Assembly (NCBI GenBank): GCA_964395625.1
Contig: CAYNAR010000005.1
Location: forward strand, 6,537 to 70,536
Reading direction: 5' to 3'
DNA from: an uncultured Gammaproteobacteria bacterium
GTDB lineage: Bacteria > Patescibacteriota > Patescibacteriia > Patescibacteriales > WJLG01
Length of the DNA: 64,000 nucleotides
Shown here: positions 45,102 to 54,527 of the stretch, piece after piece
Layout: every line of letters begins with the position of its first letter
Numbering within the stretch: the first letter of the stretch is position 1
Position numbers and translations under genes: made by a program
The notes under the pieces: generated by a model
The model's input: the letters and a program-made list of their open reading frames with translations, nothing else
Databases searched by the model: none
Told to the model about the DNA's origin: nothing

Positions 45102-47846
45102 ATGGAGGAAATTAAGGATAAAATCGAATTCGTGAACTGTGACGAATGTAACGGCACTGGTTTTTCTGACAAGAAAAAAGTTTGCAATAATTGTCACGGA
45201 CAAGGCCTTGGGGCTTTTTTTCTTGGTAATTTTTTGTATTGCAAATCCAGTATCGACAGGGAGAGTATCTCTTCGCGGGCTATGCGAAAGAGGATTATTT
45301 CCGCCATTGATGTTATCTCCTATATCTTTTTTGTCGTCGGCATAGGCTCTATTTTTTTCTATTTGATAAAGAACGATGTTGTTAGTAATTCTCGCTGGAC
45401 GGATGTCTTACAAGACAAGAGTATTTTTATTTTATTTTTCTATTTTTCCTGTCTGTCTTTTTCTTTCTTGATCTATAGAAATAGTCAAAAAAGGCAAGAG
45501 AGGGAAAAGATAAAGAAGCTTCATGAGAGCGAGACTTTTCCGGATAATTGGGGTGATTTGCGCAAATACAAAAGAAGCGTCGAAGTTTTGTCGATGTGCA
45601 ATGAAAACACTTTTCATCTATTGGAGTGTTCTTACCTTTTGGCACGTCGTCTTAAAAATAAGGAAATCAGAGCTCTTCATGTTTTTTCGGTATTTATAGA
45701 AAAGTCCGTGGAAGTAAAATCCCTCCTATTTCGTTTAAATGTCGATTTGTCCGCAATTAAGGAGAAAATCGATAATCAACTTTCTTTGCTTGAGAAAGAT
45801 CTTGTTTCTGGTGAAAATGTCGAATTCGGCTTATCGACCAAGGAAGTTTTAATAGAATCTTTTATAGACGCTTATAATAACAAACAAAAAGACATAAAGG
45901 CATTGAATGTTTTTTCTTTTTGTTTTGAAAAGGAGTCTATAATAAAGGAGATTCTCCTTGATTTTAAAGTCAATGAGAACAAGATAAAAAACACGATAAC
46001 TTGGTTTCGTATAAACGATAAACAGATAGAGAATTATAAGCTGTATAAAAAATTAGCACATTATAAGCCGTCGTCTTCGATGGATCGCGCTTACACTGCG
46101 GTAGCAACTCCTTTTTTGAATAATTTCGGCTATGATTTGACCTTGGCCGCCAAGTGGGGGCGTCTTGATGTTTGTGTCGGCAGGGACAAGGAAATAAGAA
46201 GTATTTTTGAAGCTTTAGAAGGTGGTAGCGCCGGAGCCCTACTTACTGGCCCAGATGGAGTTGGTAAGCGCTCCGTTATTAATGGTATTGCCAGGGAGAT
46301 GGTTATGGAGGAGGATATTCCTATGATTTTGAAAGATAAGCGACTCATTGAGTTGGATGTCGCAAGATTAGTTTCTGGCGCTTCGCCGACTGTCGCCCAA
46401 GAAAGGATGTTGACCATAATAGATGAGATAAATCGTGCCGGCAATATCGTTCTTTTTCTTGAGAACCTTGAAAATATCGTCGGCATAGCAGCGGGAGGTG
46501 AGGAGAGTTTAGAGCTTTCGGAAGTTCTTTCCGGAGAGTTGGATAGAGGGGCTCTGCTTTGTTTTGCCACAGTCTCGGAAAGTAATTATATAAAGTATAT
46601 AGACAATAAGGCTATTGGAAATGTTTTTGCCAGGATAAAGATAGGCGAGCCGGTCGGAGATCAAGCTATGATGATGTTAGAAAGCAAAATAGGATATATA
46701 GAGGCAAAACACGGCGTATTTTTCTCTTATAACGCGGTAGAGGCGGCAAGGGATCTTTCCGTTAAATTCATCCATGATAAATACCTTCCGACTAAAGCAG
46801 TCGATATTCTGGAAAAGACAGCCGCTCGTCTTAGTAGTAGAAAGAAAGGCGAGACCGTGGTCTGCGATCGCAACGATATCGCCTTGACCATAAATCAGAT
46901 GACCGACATTCCGGTACAGGACTTGGAGGAGGGTGAAGGCGAGAAATTATTAAATCTGGAAGAGGAGATGCATAAGTACATGATCGGTCAGCACGAAGCC
47001 GTGCAAATGGTAGCCGACGCTTTGCGTCGTTCTCGAGCGGAACTGCGTTCAGGAAATAGACCGATAGCTAATTTTTTATTCCTTGGTCCGACCGGTGTCG
47101 GTAAGACGGAATTGGCTAAAACTATAACTAGGGTTTATTTTCAAAAAAAGGACTTCATGATTCGTCTTGATATGAGTGAATATCAGCACGAGGACAGTGT
47201 TAAAAAGATGATTGGCGATGTCGACGGTGTTCAAGGGTATTTGACTGAGTCTGTCCGCCAGAAGCCTTTTTCTCTTGTTCTGCTTGACGAATTCGAGAAG
47301 GCTAATCCCAAGATATTCAACCTTTTTTTGCAAGTAATGGATGATGGACGTCTCACTGACGGCCAAGGAAGAACGATTGATTTTACAAATAGCATAATAA
47401 TAGCTACCTCCAATGCTGGTTCTGATTATGTGCAGGAACAGGTTCGAAATAATGTGCCAATGGAACAAATAAAGGAAGTTTTGATAAATGATCATCTATC
47501 AAAGGTGATGAGGCCGGAGTTGGTGAATCGTTTTGACGGAATAATCATATTCAAACCGTTAACCGAGAGTGATATTGAACAAATAGCTGGTTTAATGTTA
47601 AAAGATATAAAATCACTTCTCGAGGAGAAGGGCGTCGGTTTGGAAGTTTCACCAAGTGGTCTTAGTGTTTTGGCGGCTGCCGGATATGATCCCAAATTCG
47701 GTGCACGCCCATTGCGTCGCCTGATCCAAGAGAAAGTAGAGAATGAGATCGCTAAGAAACTTCTTTCCGGCGAAATAAAGAGGCGCGATGTGGTCTTTAT
47801 AGACGACGCGGCCGAGATAGTAGTTAAAAAAGGAATGGAGCTTTAA
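45102..47846 (+). CDS. Membrane-anchored ClpA/B-family AAA+ ATPase with an N-terminal DnaJ-type Zn finger
   Basis: CDECNGTG..CNNCHGQG, two TM helices, Clp-N-like repeats, degenerate NBD1, intact NBD2 ([28 protein letters not shown]). Confidence 0.9.
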   Translation: MEEIKDKIEFVNCDECNGTGFSDKKKVCNNCHGQGLGAFFLGNFLYCKSSIDRESISSRAMRKRIISAIDVISYIFFVVGIGSIFFYLIKNDVVSNSRWTDVLQDKSIFILFFYFSCLSFSFLIYRNSQKRQEREKIKKLHESETFPDNWGDLRKYKRSVEVLSMCNENTFHLLECSYLLARRLKNKEIRALHVFSVFIEKSVEVKSLLFRLNVDLSAIKEKIDNQLSLLEKDLVSGENVEFGLSTKEVLIESFIDAYNNKQKDIKALNVFSFCFEKESIIKEILLDFKVNENKIKNTITWFRINDKQIENYKLYKKLAHYKPSSSMDRAYTAVATPFLNNFGYDLTLAAKWGRLDVCVGRDKEIRSIFEALEGGSAGALLTGPDGVGKRSVINGIAREMVMEEDIPMILKDKRLIELDVARLVSGASPTVAQERMLTIIDEINRAGNIVLFLENLENIVGIAAGGEESLELSEVLSGELDRGALLCFATVSESNYIKYIDNKAIGNVFARIKIGEPVGDQAMMMLESKIGYIEAKHGVFFSYNAVEAARDLSVKFIHDKYLPTKAVDILEKTAARLSSRKKGETVVCDRNDIALTINQMTDIPVQDLEEGEGEKLLNLEEEMHKYMIGQHEAVQMVADALRRSRAELRSGNRPIANFLFLGPTGVGKTELAKTITRVYFQKKDFMIRLDMSEYQHEDSVKKMIGDVDGVQGYLTESVRQKPFSLVLLDEFEKANPKIFNLFLQVMDDGRLTDGQGRTIDFTNSIIIATSNAGSDYVQEQVRNNVPMEQIKEVLINDHLSKVMRPELVNRFDGIIIFKPLTESDIEQIAGLMLKDIKSLLEEKGVGLEVSPSGLSVLAAAGYDPKFGARPLRRLIQEKVENEIAKKLLSGEIKRRDVVFIDDAAEIVVKKGMEL

Positions 47847-47849
47847 AAA

Positions 47850-48875
47850 ATGTTTCAATATATCGCAATTTGTCTAGTCGCTTTTTCTTTGTCTTTATTG
47901 TTTACACTTATAATTGAGAAAGTAGCTTGGAAGTTTAAGGCGCTTGATTATCCATCAGCAAGAAAGATACATGTCGGTCCAACACCCCTTTTGGGTGGAG
48001 TGGCTGTTTTTTGTTCTTTCTTTGTATCGATATTTCTTTTTAAAAACAACCTTTTGGTTGGTGATCTTGGTGCATGGAATTGGGTTTGGTTTTTTGCCGG
48101 TGGTGTTTTCTTAATTATTGGTGGTGTTTGGGATGATTTTAAGAATCTACCACCATCCAAACAGCTTGTGTTTCCGTGTTTAGCCGTAATTTGCGTTTTG
48201 ATTGGTGATATAGGCATCGAAAAAATAGGCAATCCTTTTGGCGGACTGCTTTTTTTTAATAGTGTTTTATCCGATGTCCTTACTGTCGTTTGGTTGATGT
48301 TGATGATGTATACGACAAAACTATTGGATGGGGTCGACGGATTAGTGACGGGCGTGTCGGTCATTGGCGGTTTTACTATCTTTTTATTCACTGCAACCAC
48401 TAAGTATAGCCAGCCGGATATAGCATTGGCCTCGATTGCTTTAGCTGGGGCCGGTATTGGTTTTTTGATTCGTAACTGGAATCCGGCTAAGATTTTTCTT
48501 GGCGAATCTGGTTCATTGTTTTTTGGTTATTCATTGGGTGTCCTGTCTATAATATCTGGTGGTAAGATAGCTATCGCTTTGCTTGTTCTCGGATTACCTT
48601 TATTAGATGTCGTTTGGACGATATTAAGAAGGTTGTTAGCTGGCAATAATCCATTCAAGGCTTCTGACAAGAAGCACTTGCACCATCGTTTTATGGAGTT
48701 GGGTCTTTCTCAAAGAAAGACAGCCTTGCTGTTTTATTTTGTTTCCGCCTTTTTCGGTTTGAGTGGTTTATTTTTGCAGAGTCTGGGAAAGCTGGCGGCT
48801 GTTTCAGCCCTATTTTTATTAATGGCTGTTTTTGTTGTTTTCTTTTCGATACATGAGAGGAAAAAAAAATCTTAA
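47850..48875 (+). CDS. Undecaprenyl-phosphate GlcNAc-1-phosphate transferase (WecA/TagO, MraY-like family)
   Basis: RKIH..PTP.LGG, G..DD, LDGVDGL, N..PAKIFLG.SGS and HLHH motifs, with many TM segments. Confidence 0.92.
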   Translation: MFQYIAICLVAFSLSLLFTLIIEKVAWKFKALDYPSARKIHVGPTPLLGGVAVFCSFFVSIFLFKNNLLVGDLGAWNWVWFFAGGVFLIIGGVWDDFKNLPPSKQLVFPCLAVICVLIGDIGIEKIGNPFGGLLFFNSVLSDVLTVVWLMLMMYTTKLLDGVDGLVTGVSVIGGFTIFLFTATTKYSQPDIALASIALAGAGIGFLIRNWNPAKIFLGESGSLFFGYSLGVLSIISGGKIAIALLVLGLPLLDVVWTILRRLLAGNNPFKASDKKHLHHRFMELGLSQRKTALLFYFVSAFFGLSGLFLQSLGKLAAVSALFLLMAVFVVFFSIHERKKKS

Positions 48876-48876
48876 T

Positions 48877-49788
48877 ATGAGAAAAAGACTATATATTTTT
48901 ATTTTAATTTGCTGGTTAGTTGGAATATTTTCCCTCATGCTCGTTCCTATGCCACCAGTTCCGGATGTTGTCAAAAAGATAACTCTCTATGATAAAGGGG
49001 CTCATCTTATCTTTTTTTCAGTGACTAATTTTTTATTATTGACGATTATTTACAGATTTAAAAAATTCAATTTTTTCATATCGGCGGTTTTGGCATCCTT
49101 CATCTCTTTGGCCTTAGCTTTTTTGGCGGAGGAGATGCAAACCTTTATTCCGGGAAGAGAAAATTCCTCTTTGGATTTTTTGGCCGGAGCCATAGGAGTG
49201 GCTATTTCTTGTCCAATAGCCTACGTGTTCAATCATGATCCGAGAAAGAGATTGGCTCTTCATGTCTGCTGTGCGCCTTGCACTACGGCCGTCTATGAGG
49301 ATTTATCCAAAGAATACAATATCGAATTCTTTTTTTCCAATGCCAATATTTTTCCAAAGAGCGAGTATGAAAAGAGACTTAGGGAGGTTAAAAAGCTTGG
49401 TAAGATATTCAACGTTAGGGTTGTAGAGGATAGGTATTCTCATAAGGCGTGGAGGAAGTTTATTTCCGGAATGGAAAACGATAAGGAGGGCGGTAGTCGT
49501 TGCGATCATTGTTTTTCTTTTAGGTTGAGTAGGGTGGCTGCAAAGGCGAAGAGTATGGGTTTTAGCATGTTTGCCACAACTTTAAGTATTAGTCCTCATA
49601 AAAATACTGAAAAAATAAATAGATGCGGCAGGGAGGCTGGCGAAAGATACGGCATGAGTTTCTTAGGTTATGACTTCAAAGAGAACGATGGTTTTAAAAG
49701 GTCCATCGTTTTGTCAAAGAATTTTGGCTTATATAGGCAAAAATATTGTGGGTGTGAATTTTCTATGCCAGATAGGGTTAAAATTTGA
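48877..49788 (+). CDS. queH: VanZ-like membrane domain fused to epoxyqueuosine reductase QueH
   Basis: N-terminal DK.AH...F / EEMQ.FIPGR..S..D (VanZ). C-terminal LHVCCAPC, NI.P..EY..R, RC..C, TTL.ISPHK and YRQ.YCGC.FS. Confidence 0.88.
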   Translation: MRKRLYIFILICWLVGIFSLMLVPMPPVPDVVKKITLYDKGAHLIFFSVTNFLLLTIIYRFKKFNFFISAVLASFISLALAFLAEEMQTFIPGRENSSLDFLAGAIGVAISCPIAYVFNHDPRKRLALHVCCAPCTTAVYEDLSKEYNIEFFFSNANIFPKSEYEKRLREVKKLGKIFNVRVVEDRYSHKAWRKFISGMENDKEGGSRCDHCFSFRLSRVAAKAKSMGFSMFATTLSISPHKNTEKINRCGREAGERYGMSFLGYDFKENDGFKRSIVLSKNFGLYRQKYCGCEFSMPDRVKI

Positions 49789-49820
49789 TTTATAGCCGGT
49801 AAATAAGGTATAATTAAAAC

Positions 49821-50147
49821 ATGACTAAAGAAAAATGGAGTAGTATTTTAGGTAATGTTTTGGACAATTTTGACGTCTTGGAGCATGAGAAGGGTTTCAT
49901 CGAAGAAGAGGGTGGAATAGATTTGGAATACGTGGTTTTTAATGGTCCGATCGGCAAAATGAGGCTTGAATTTGTCGAGAAGCCGGTGGTATTGGGAAAG
50001 AAGACTAATTATTCCAATAGAATAGGTTCTGAAACTGCAGTGGAGTATGTATATAGCGATAGCGAAAAAACATCGCGTCTTATGGCCTACAAATGGAGTG
50101 ATGAGGATGATGATTGGGTTGAAGTAAGCGAGAAAAGCTTCCAGTGA
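49821..50147 (+). CDS. Conserved hypothetical protein
   Basis: 108-aa ORF with its own promoter and an F.GP.G..RLE...KP.VL.K...S.R.G motif. Confidence 0.75.
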   Translation: MTKEKWSSILGNVLDNFDVLEHEKGFIEEEGGIDLEYVVFNGPIGKMRLEFVEKPVVLGKKTNYSNRIGSETAVEYVYSDSEKTSRLMAYKWSDEDDDWVEVSEKSFQ

Positions 50148-50148
50148 T

Positions 50149-50892
50149 ATGAAAAAAAGTTTGTTTTTATTGTTTTTGACGCCGATTTTCGTCTTATTAC
50201 TATTAGAGGTTTTTTGTTTTAAGCCGGAATTGTCGTATTTGCCTTTTTTCGTTCTAACTGTTCTAATGGCGTTTGTCGTAAAAAAAATGATTGGTGGGAG
50301 TTTTTTTTCGTGGGAATATGTTGCCACCCTGGGATTCCCTTTAATGTTTATATTTTTTTCGGCAGCATATTCGATGCTGACTCCATTAGCCGTAATAAGA
50401 CAAGCAGTTTTTGGTCTAGTAATGATTTTTACCTTTCTTTATTTAAGGAATATTAGCAAAGAAGATAAGAGTGTATTCATTGAGAATATTTTTTCGTATG
50501 CCGGTTTTCTGTTGGTATTTTTCGCATTTTCATTTTTTTACGGATTAAGGGTTTTTCTTGGAACGTCTATAGTTTTACTGGTATGCCTAATTATGGGCTT
50601 GGTCGTATTGGTGATTTTGAATGTTTTTTGGGCAAATAGAATTGCGATAAAAAACTCGATGATTTATATTTTTTTAATTTCTTTGTTAATGACTCAAATA
50701 GCTTGGTCTCTTTATTTTCTATCCTTATCGTATAGCTATCTGGGGTTGATATTGGCCATGTGCTATTATATGGTTATCGGAGTGGTTAAGCCTTATTTGA
50801 GGGATTCACTAACTAAAAAAACAGTTATAGTATATTTGACTTGCGGAGTATCTGGCATAATGATTGTCATTTTTTCCGCCCAATGGTTATGA
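50149..50892 (+). CDS. Integral membrane protein (about 8-9 TM)
   Basis: Continuous hydrophobic helices, 1 nt from the upstream gene, with an ATGA overlap to the downstream gene. Confidence 0.8.
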   Translation: MKKSLFLLFLTPIFVLLLLEVFCFKPELSYLPFFVLTVLMAFVVKKMIGGSFFSWEYVATLGFPLMFIFFSAAYSMLTPLAVIRQAVFGLVMIFTFLYLRNISKEDKSVFIENIFSYAGFLLVFFAFSFFYGLRVFLGTSIVLLVCLIMGLVVLVILNVFWANRIAIKNSMIYIFLISLLMTQIAWSLYFLSLSYSYLGLILAMCYYMVIGVVKPYLRDSLTKKTVIVYLTCGVSGIMIVIFSAQWL

Positions 50893-52046
50893 TAAATAAA
50901 AAAATGCCAACATGGATGATGCTATCATTAATGGTTTTGCTTTGTTTAGCCGCTGGTGTAACCGGCTCTTTATTGGTGAGAGCATATTTGCCAAGTGGAC
51001 AAGTGAATTCATTGAGTAGCGACTTGAATATATCAAGGGATAGTTTGAAGAGAGCTAATTTGATAATAGAAAATGCAAAAAAAATAGTTGTTGAGCAGGA
51101 TAGTAAAGTCAAAGAGACAGTCTCGTCTGGCAGAAATAGTATTGTTGGCGTATTTAAAAAGAAAAAAGAGGTGAGCGCCTCATCCGAAAAGAACTCCTTC
51201 TTGATTAATGACTATTATCATATGAACGGAGAGGAGACCGAGGGGCTTATAGTCACTAGCGATGGCTGGATTATCGCACCAAATCCGGAAAAGGGTCTTA
51301 GTGTTGACGAGTTGATAAAAAATTATGTCGTTGTCACTAAATCAAAAGATGTCTATTCTATCGACAGAGTAGAAAAGGCGGGGGTCGAGCCATATATTTT
51401 CATGCACCTTTCTTCCGTTAAAGATTTGCCGGTGAAACAGCTGGCTTCAAATGATTTATTATCCGATGGGCAGATGTTGGTTGCGGTCAATTGGGAGGGG
51501 AAGAGCTATGTGACTTCGCTTTTTGAAAAAAACAAACAAAGTTTCTATTACGAATCCAGTGATTCGCTTTCTGACAAGATTGTGCTTTCCGATAATTTAA
51601 ACAGCTTCTTTCAGACGGCTTTCGTTTTTAGTCTTAATGGCGAAGTGGTGGCGATATACGATCAAGGATCGGGTGTTACTTCGATGGGTTTATTTTTGCC
51701 GTTCATAAAAGGATTATTGGAAAATAGTGATTTTAAATACCCATCTCTTGGTTTTAATTATGTCGACCTTGGCTCATTGGTCACTAAAGACTCTAGGTAT
51801 GAAAAGGGCGCTATGATTATTTCTGATGGCAAGAGACCAGCTTTGGAAGTCGACAGTGCCGCAGCTGAAGCAGGCTTAAGGGAGGGTGATATAATTTTGT
51901 CGATCAATGGCGCTTCTGTGAATTCTGAAAATCATTTGTCTGCTCTACTGCAAAAATATCAAGCTGGCGATAGTGTGAGCTTGATTTATTTGAGAGAAGG
52001 GCAAGAGAGGAAAGTTGACGTTAAATTAAAAGAGTTGAAAAAATAA
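50889..52046 (+). CDS. HtrA-like trypsin-fold/PDZ protein lacking catalytic residues
   Basis: N-terminal TM; G.IVTSDGWI and F.LNGEVVAI trypsin-fold remnants; C-terminal PDZ SAAAEAGLREGDIILSING. Confidence 0.8.
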   Translation: MINKKMPTWMMLSLMVLLCLAAGVTGSLLVRAYLPSGQVNSLSSDLNISRDSLKRANLIIENAKKIVVEQDSKVKETVSSGRNSIVGVFKKKKEVSASSEKNSFLINDYYHMNGEETEGLIVTSDGWIIAPNPEKGLSVDELIKNYVVVTKSKDVYSIDRVEKAGVEPYIFMHLSSVKDLPVKQLASNDLLSDGQMLVAVNWEGKSYVTSLFEKNKQSFYYESSDSLSDKIVLSDNLNSFFQTAFVFSLNGEVVAIYDQGSGVTSMGLFLPFIKGLLENSDFKYPSLGFNYVDLGSLVTKDSRYEKGAMIISDGKRPALEVDSAAAEAGLREGDIILSINGASVNSENHLSALLQKYQAGDSVSLIYLREGQERKVDVKLKELKK

Positions 52047-52053
52047 TATAAAG

Positions 52054-53220
52054 ATGCAAAAAATGAAAACAAAAACACTAAACAAAAAAGACGTAAAGGA
52101 TAAAGTAGTCTTTCTGCGGGTCGATTTCAACGTACCCATGAAAAATGGCAAGGTTAAGGATGAGACTAAAATAGTGGCGGTCTTACCTACTATAAGATTT
52201 TTGTCTCGTTATGGGGCGAAAATAGTGCTATCAACACATCTTGGTGATCCTGCCGGAAAAAAAGACAAGAAATTTTCTATTGCTCCTGTGGCAAGAAGGT
52301 TGTCTTCTATTTTGGGTGAAGAGAATAAAAAAGTTTATATAATGAGTGATATTTTTGGCGAGAAAGTCGAAAAAACCATTAATAAGGCGAAAAGTGGAGA
52401 GATTGTGTTTTTGGAAAACTTGCGCTTCGATAAGGGCGAGGAGGAGAATGACGATGTTTTTGCCGGTAAATTAGCTGCCATGGCTGATTTGTATGTCAAT
52501 GAAGCTTTTTCCGTGTGTCATCGAAAACATGCCTCGGTCAATGCAATTAAAAAGCACCTACCATCATATAGTGGACTTCTCTTGACTAAGGAAGTGGAAA
52601 TGCTCAATCGCGTTTTGAAGCCGGCGAAACCTTTAGTCGTCCTTATGGGTGGTGCCAAGATAAAGACAAAGATAAATTTGATAAAGAATTTGGATAAAAA
52701 AGCCTCCAAGATATTGATTGGCGGCGGATTGGCTAATACGTTTCTCAAGGCCATGGGTTTAAAAGTCGGAAAATCGTTGATCGATAAAGAAGGAATAGAG
52801 ATAGCTAAAAAACTTTTACAGAACAAAAAAATAGTCCTTCCAGTGGATGCTGTGACGAGTACTAGTCCGGACGGGAAGCCTGTTTTAAAAAAAGTCACCG
52901 ATATAAAAAAGGACGACTATATTTTTGATATTGGTCCTGAGACCATCCGTCTATACTCAGAAATTATCAAGGGGGCTAAGACACTTGTTTGGAACGGTCC
53001 ATTGGGAATGTTCGAAAAAGAATCTTTTAAGCATGGCACTCTCGCACTCGCTTCTTTGATAGCGTCAAAGTCGAAGGGAAGGACTTTTGGCGTTGTTGGT
53101 GGAGGGGAGACTATTGAGGCTATAAACATGACAAAGATGCAATCCCATGTGGATTGGGTCTCTACTGGCGGAGGAGCTATGCTGTCTTATCTTGGTGGTG
53201 AAAAGATGCCAGGACTATGA
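52054..53220 (+). CDS. pgk: Phosphoglycerate kinase (divergent)
   Basis: RVDFNVP, LENLRF, HR.HAS, GGAK, DIGPET, WNGPLG.FE and VSTGGGA. Confidence 0.92.
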   Translation: MQKMKTKTLNKKDVKDKVVFLRVDFNVPMKNGKVKDETKIVAVLPTIRFLSRYGAKIVLSTHLGDPAGKKDKKFSIAPVARRLSSILGEENKKVYIMSDIFGEKVEKTINKAKSGEIVFLENLRFDKGEEENDDVFAGKLAAMADLYVNEAFSVCHRKHASVNAIKKHLPSYSGLLLTKEVEMLNRVLKPAKPLVVLMGGAKIKTKINLIKNLDKKASKILIGGGLANTFLKAMGLKVGKSLIDKEGIEIAKKLLQNKKIVLPVDAVTSTSPDGKPVLKKVTDIKKDDYIFDIGPETIRLYSEIIKGAKTLVWNGPLGMFEKESFKHGTLALASLIASKSKGRTFGVVGGGETIEAINMTKMQSHVDWVSTGGGAMLSYLGGEKMPGL

Positions 53221-53264
53221 TTGTATAAATTAAAAGCGACTTTTAATTTAAAATTCTTTAATCT

Positions 53265-54527
53265 ATGTCAAAAATCAAGGAGATAAAGGGAAGGGAAATA
53301 TTGGATAGTTGTGGCAATCCGACCGTCGAAGTGATTATTCGCTCCGATGATGGTTTTTTTTCTTGTGCAAGTGTCCCAACTGGCGTTTCCACTGGCGAAT
53401 TGGGTGCCTTGGAGTTGCGCGATCGAGACCCAAGAAGATATCATGGAATGGGTGTTTTGCGCGCCATCGAGAATATTGAGAAAAAAATATCTCCAGCGAT
53501 TCTTGGTATGGACGTTTTTGATCAAAAAGGTATCGATGAGACAATGATTTCTTTAGACGGTTCCGATAATAAGATGAATTTGGGTGCTAATGCTGTTTTC
53601 TCGGTTTCTTTAGCTGTATCACGTTTGGCTGCTAAGGTGAAAGGATTAGAGCTTTACGCCTATCTGGGTGAAAGCTTTGATTTTGGTGCTCCGTCACTAC
53701 CGACACCTTGTTTTAATATGTTCAATGGCGGGAAATATGCCGACACCAATCTTGATTTTCAAGAATTCATGATAGTACCGTTGGGTAAAAAAACAGTATC
53801 TGAAAAAGTAAGGATGGGTTCTGAAATATTCTGCGAGCTTGCTAAAGTTTTAAGAAAAGGTGGTTTTGACACCGATGTAGGAAGTGAAGGAGGATATTCT
53901 CCTGATATAAGTTCTAGTGTTCAAGCGATAGAATTTATGTTATCGGCTTCGATAAATGCCGGTTACAAACCGAAGATCGATGTCGGAGTTGGTATAGATA
54001 TCGGCTCTTCGGAATTATTCGATTCCTATAAGAATAGTTATATTTTTAAATTGGATAGAGCTGTTTTTTCAAGTAAAACTTTGATTGGTCTTTATAATGA
54101 GTGGCTTAAGGATTTTCCAATCGTTTTTCTGGAAGACGGATTGTCTTATGACGATTGGAGTTCTTGGAGTGAACTCACTTCTGAGCTTGGTGGCAAAATA
54201 ATGGTAGTCGGGGACGATGTTTTCTCTTCGGACCAATCTAGGCTCAGAAAAGGGCTAAAGGAAAAGGCCGGCAATTCCATTGTTGTCAAACCAAGTCAGG
54301 CTGGAACTGTGACCGAGACGATGGATTGTGTAAAATTAGCAAAAAGACATAATTATAAAATAGTTATTTCTCATAGTTATGGCGAGACTAACGATGATTT
54401 TATAGCTGACTTATCTGTCGCTGTTGGAGCGGATTTTATAAAAGCAGGGTCGCTTTCTCGAGGTGAGAGAGTTTCCAAATATAATAGATTGATGGAGATA
54501 GAAAGAATAATGAAAATAAAAATATGA
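53265..54527 (+). CDS. eno: Enolase (divergent)
   Basis: REILDS.GNPTVEV, STG..ALELRD, LGANA, QEFMI, EDG, VGDD, K..Q.GT and R.ER..KYNRL. Confidence 0.9.
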   Translation: MSKIKEIKGREILDSCGNPTVEVIIRSDDGFFSCASVPTGVSTGELGALELRDRDPRRYHGMGVLRAIENIEKKISPAILGMDVFDQKGIDETMISLDGSDNKMNLGANAVFSVSLAVSRLAAKVKGLELYAYLGESFDFGAPSLPTPCFNMFNGGKYADTNLDFQEFMIVPLGKKTVSEKVRMGSEIFCELAKVLRKGGFDTDVGSEGGYSPDISSSVQAIEFMLSASINAGYKPKIDVGVGIDIGSSELFDSYKNSYIFKLDRAVFSSKTLIGLYNEWLKDFPIVFLEDGLSYDDWSSWSELTSELGGKIMVVGDDVFSSDQSRLRKGLKEKAGNSIVVKPSQAGTVTETMDCVKLAKRHNYKIVISHSYGETNDDFIADLSVAVGADFIKAGSLSRGERVSKYNRLMEIERIMKIKI

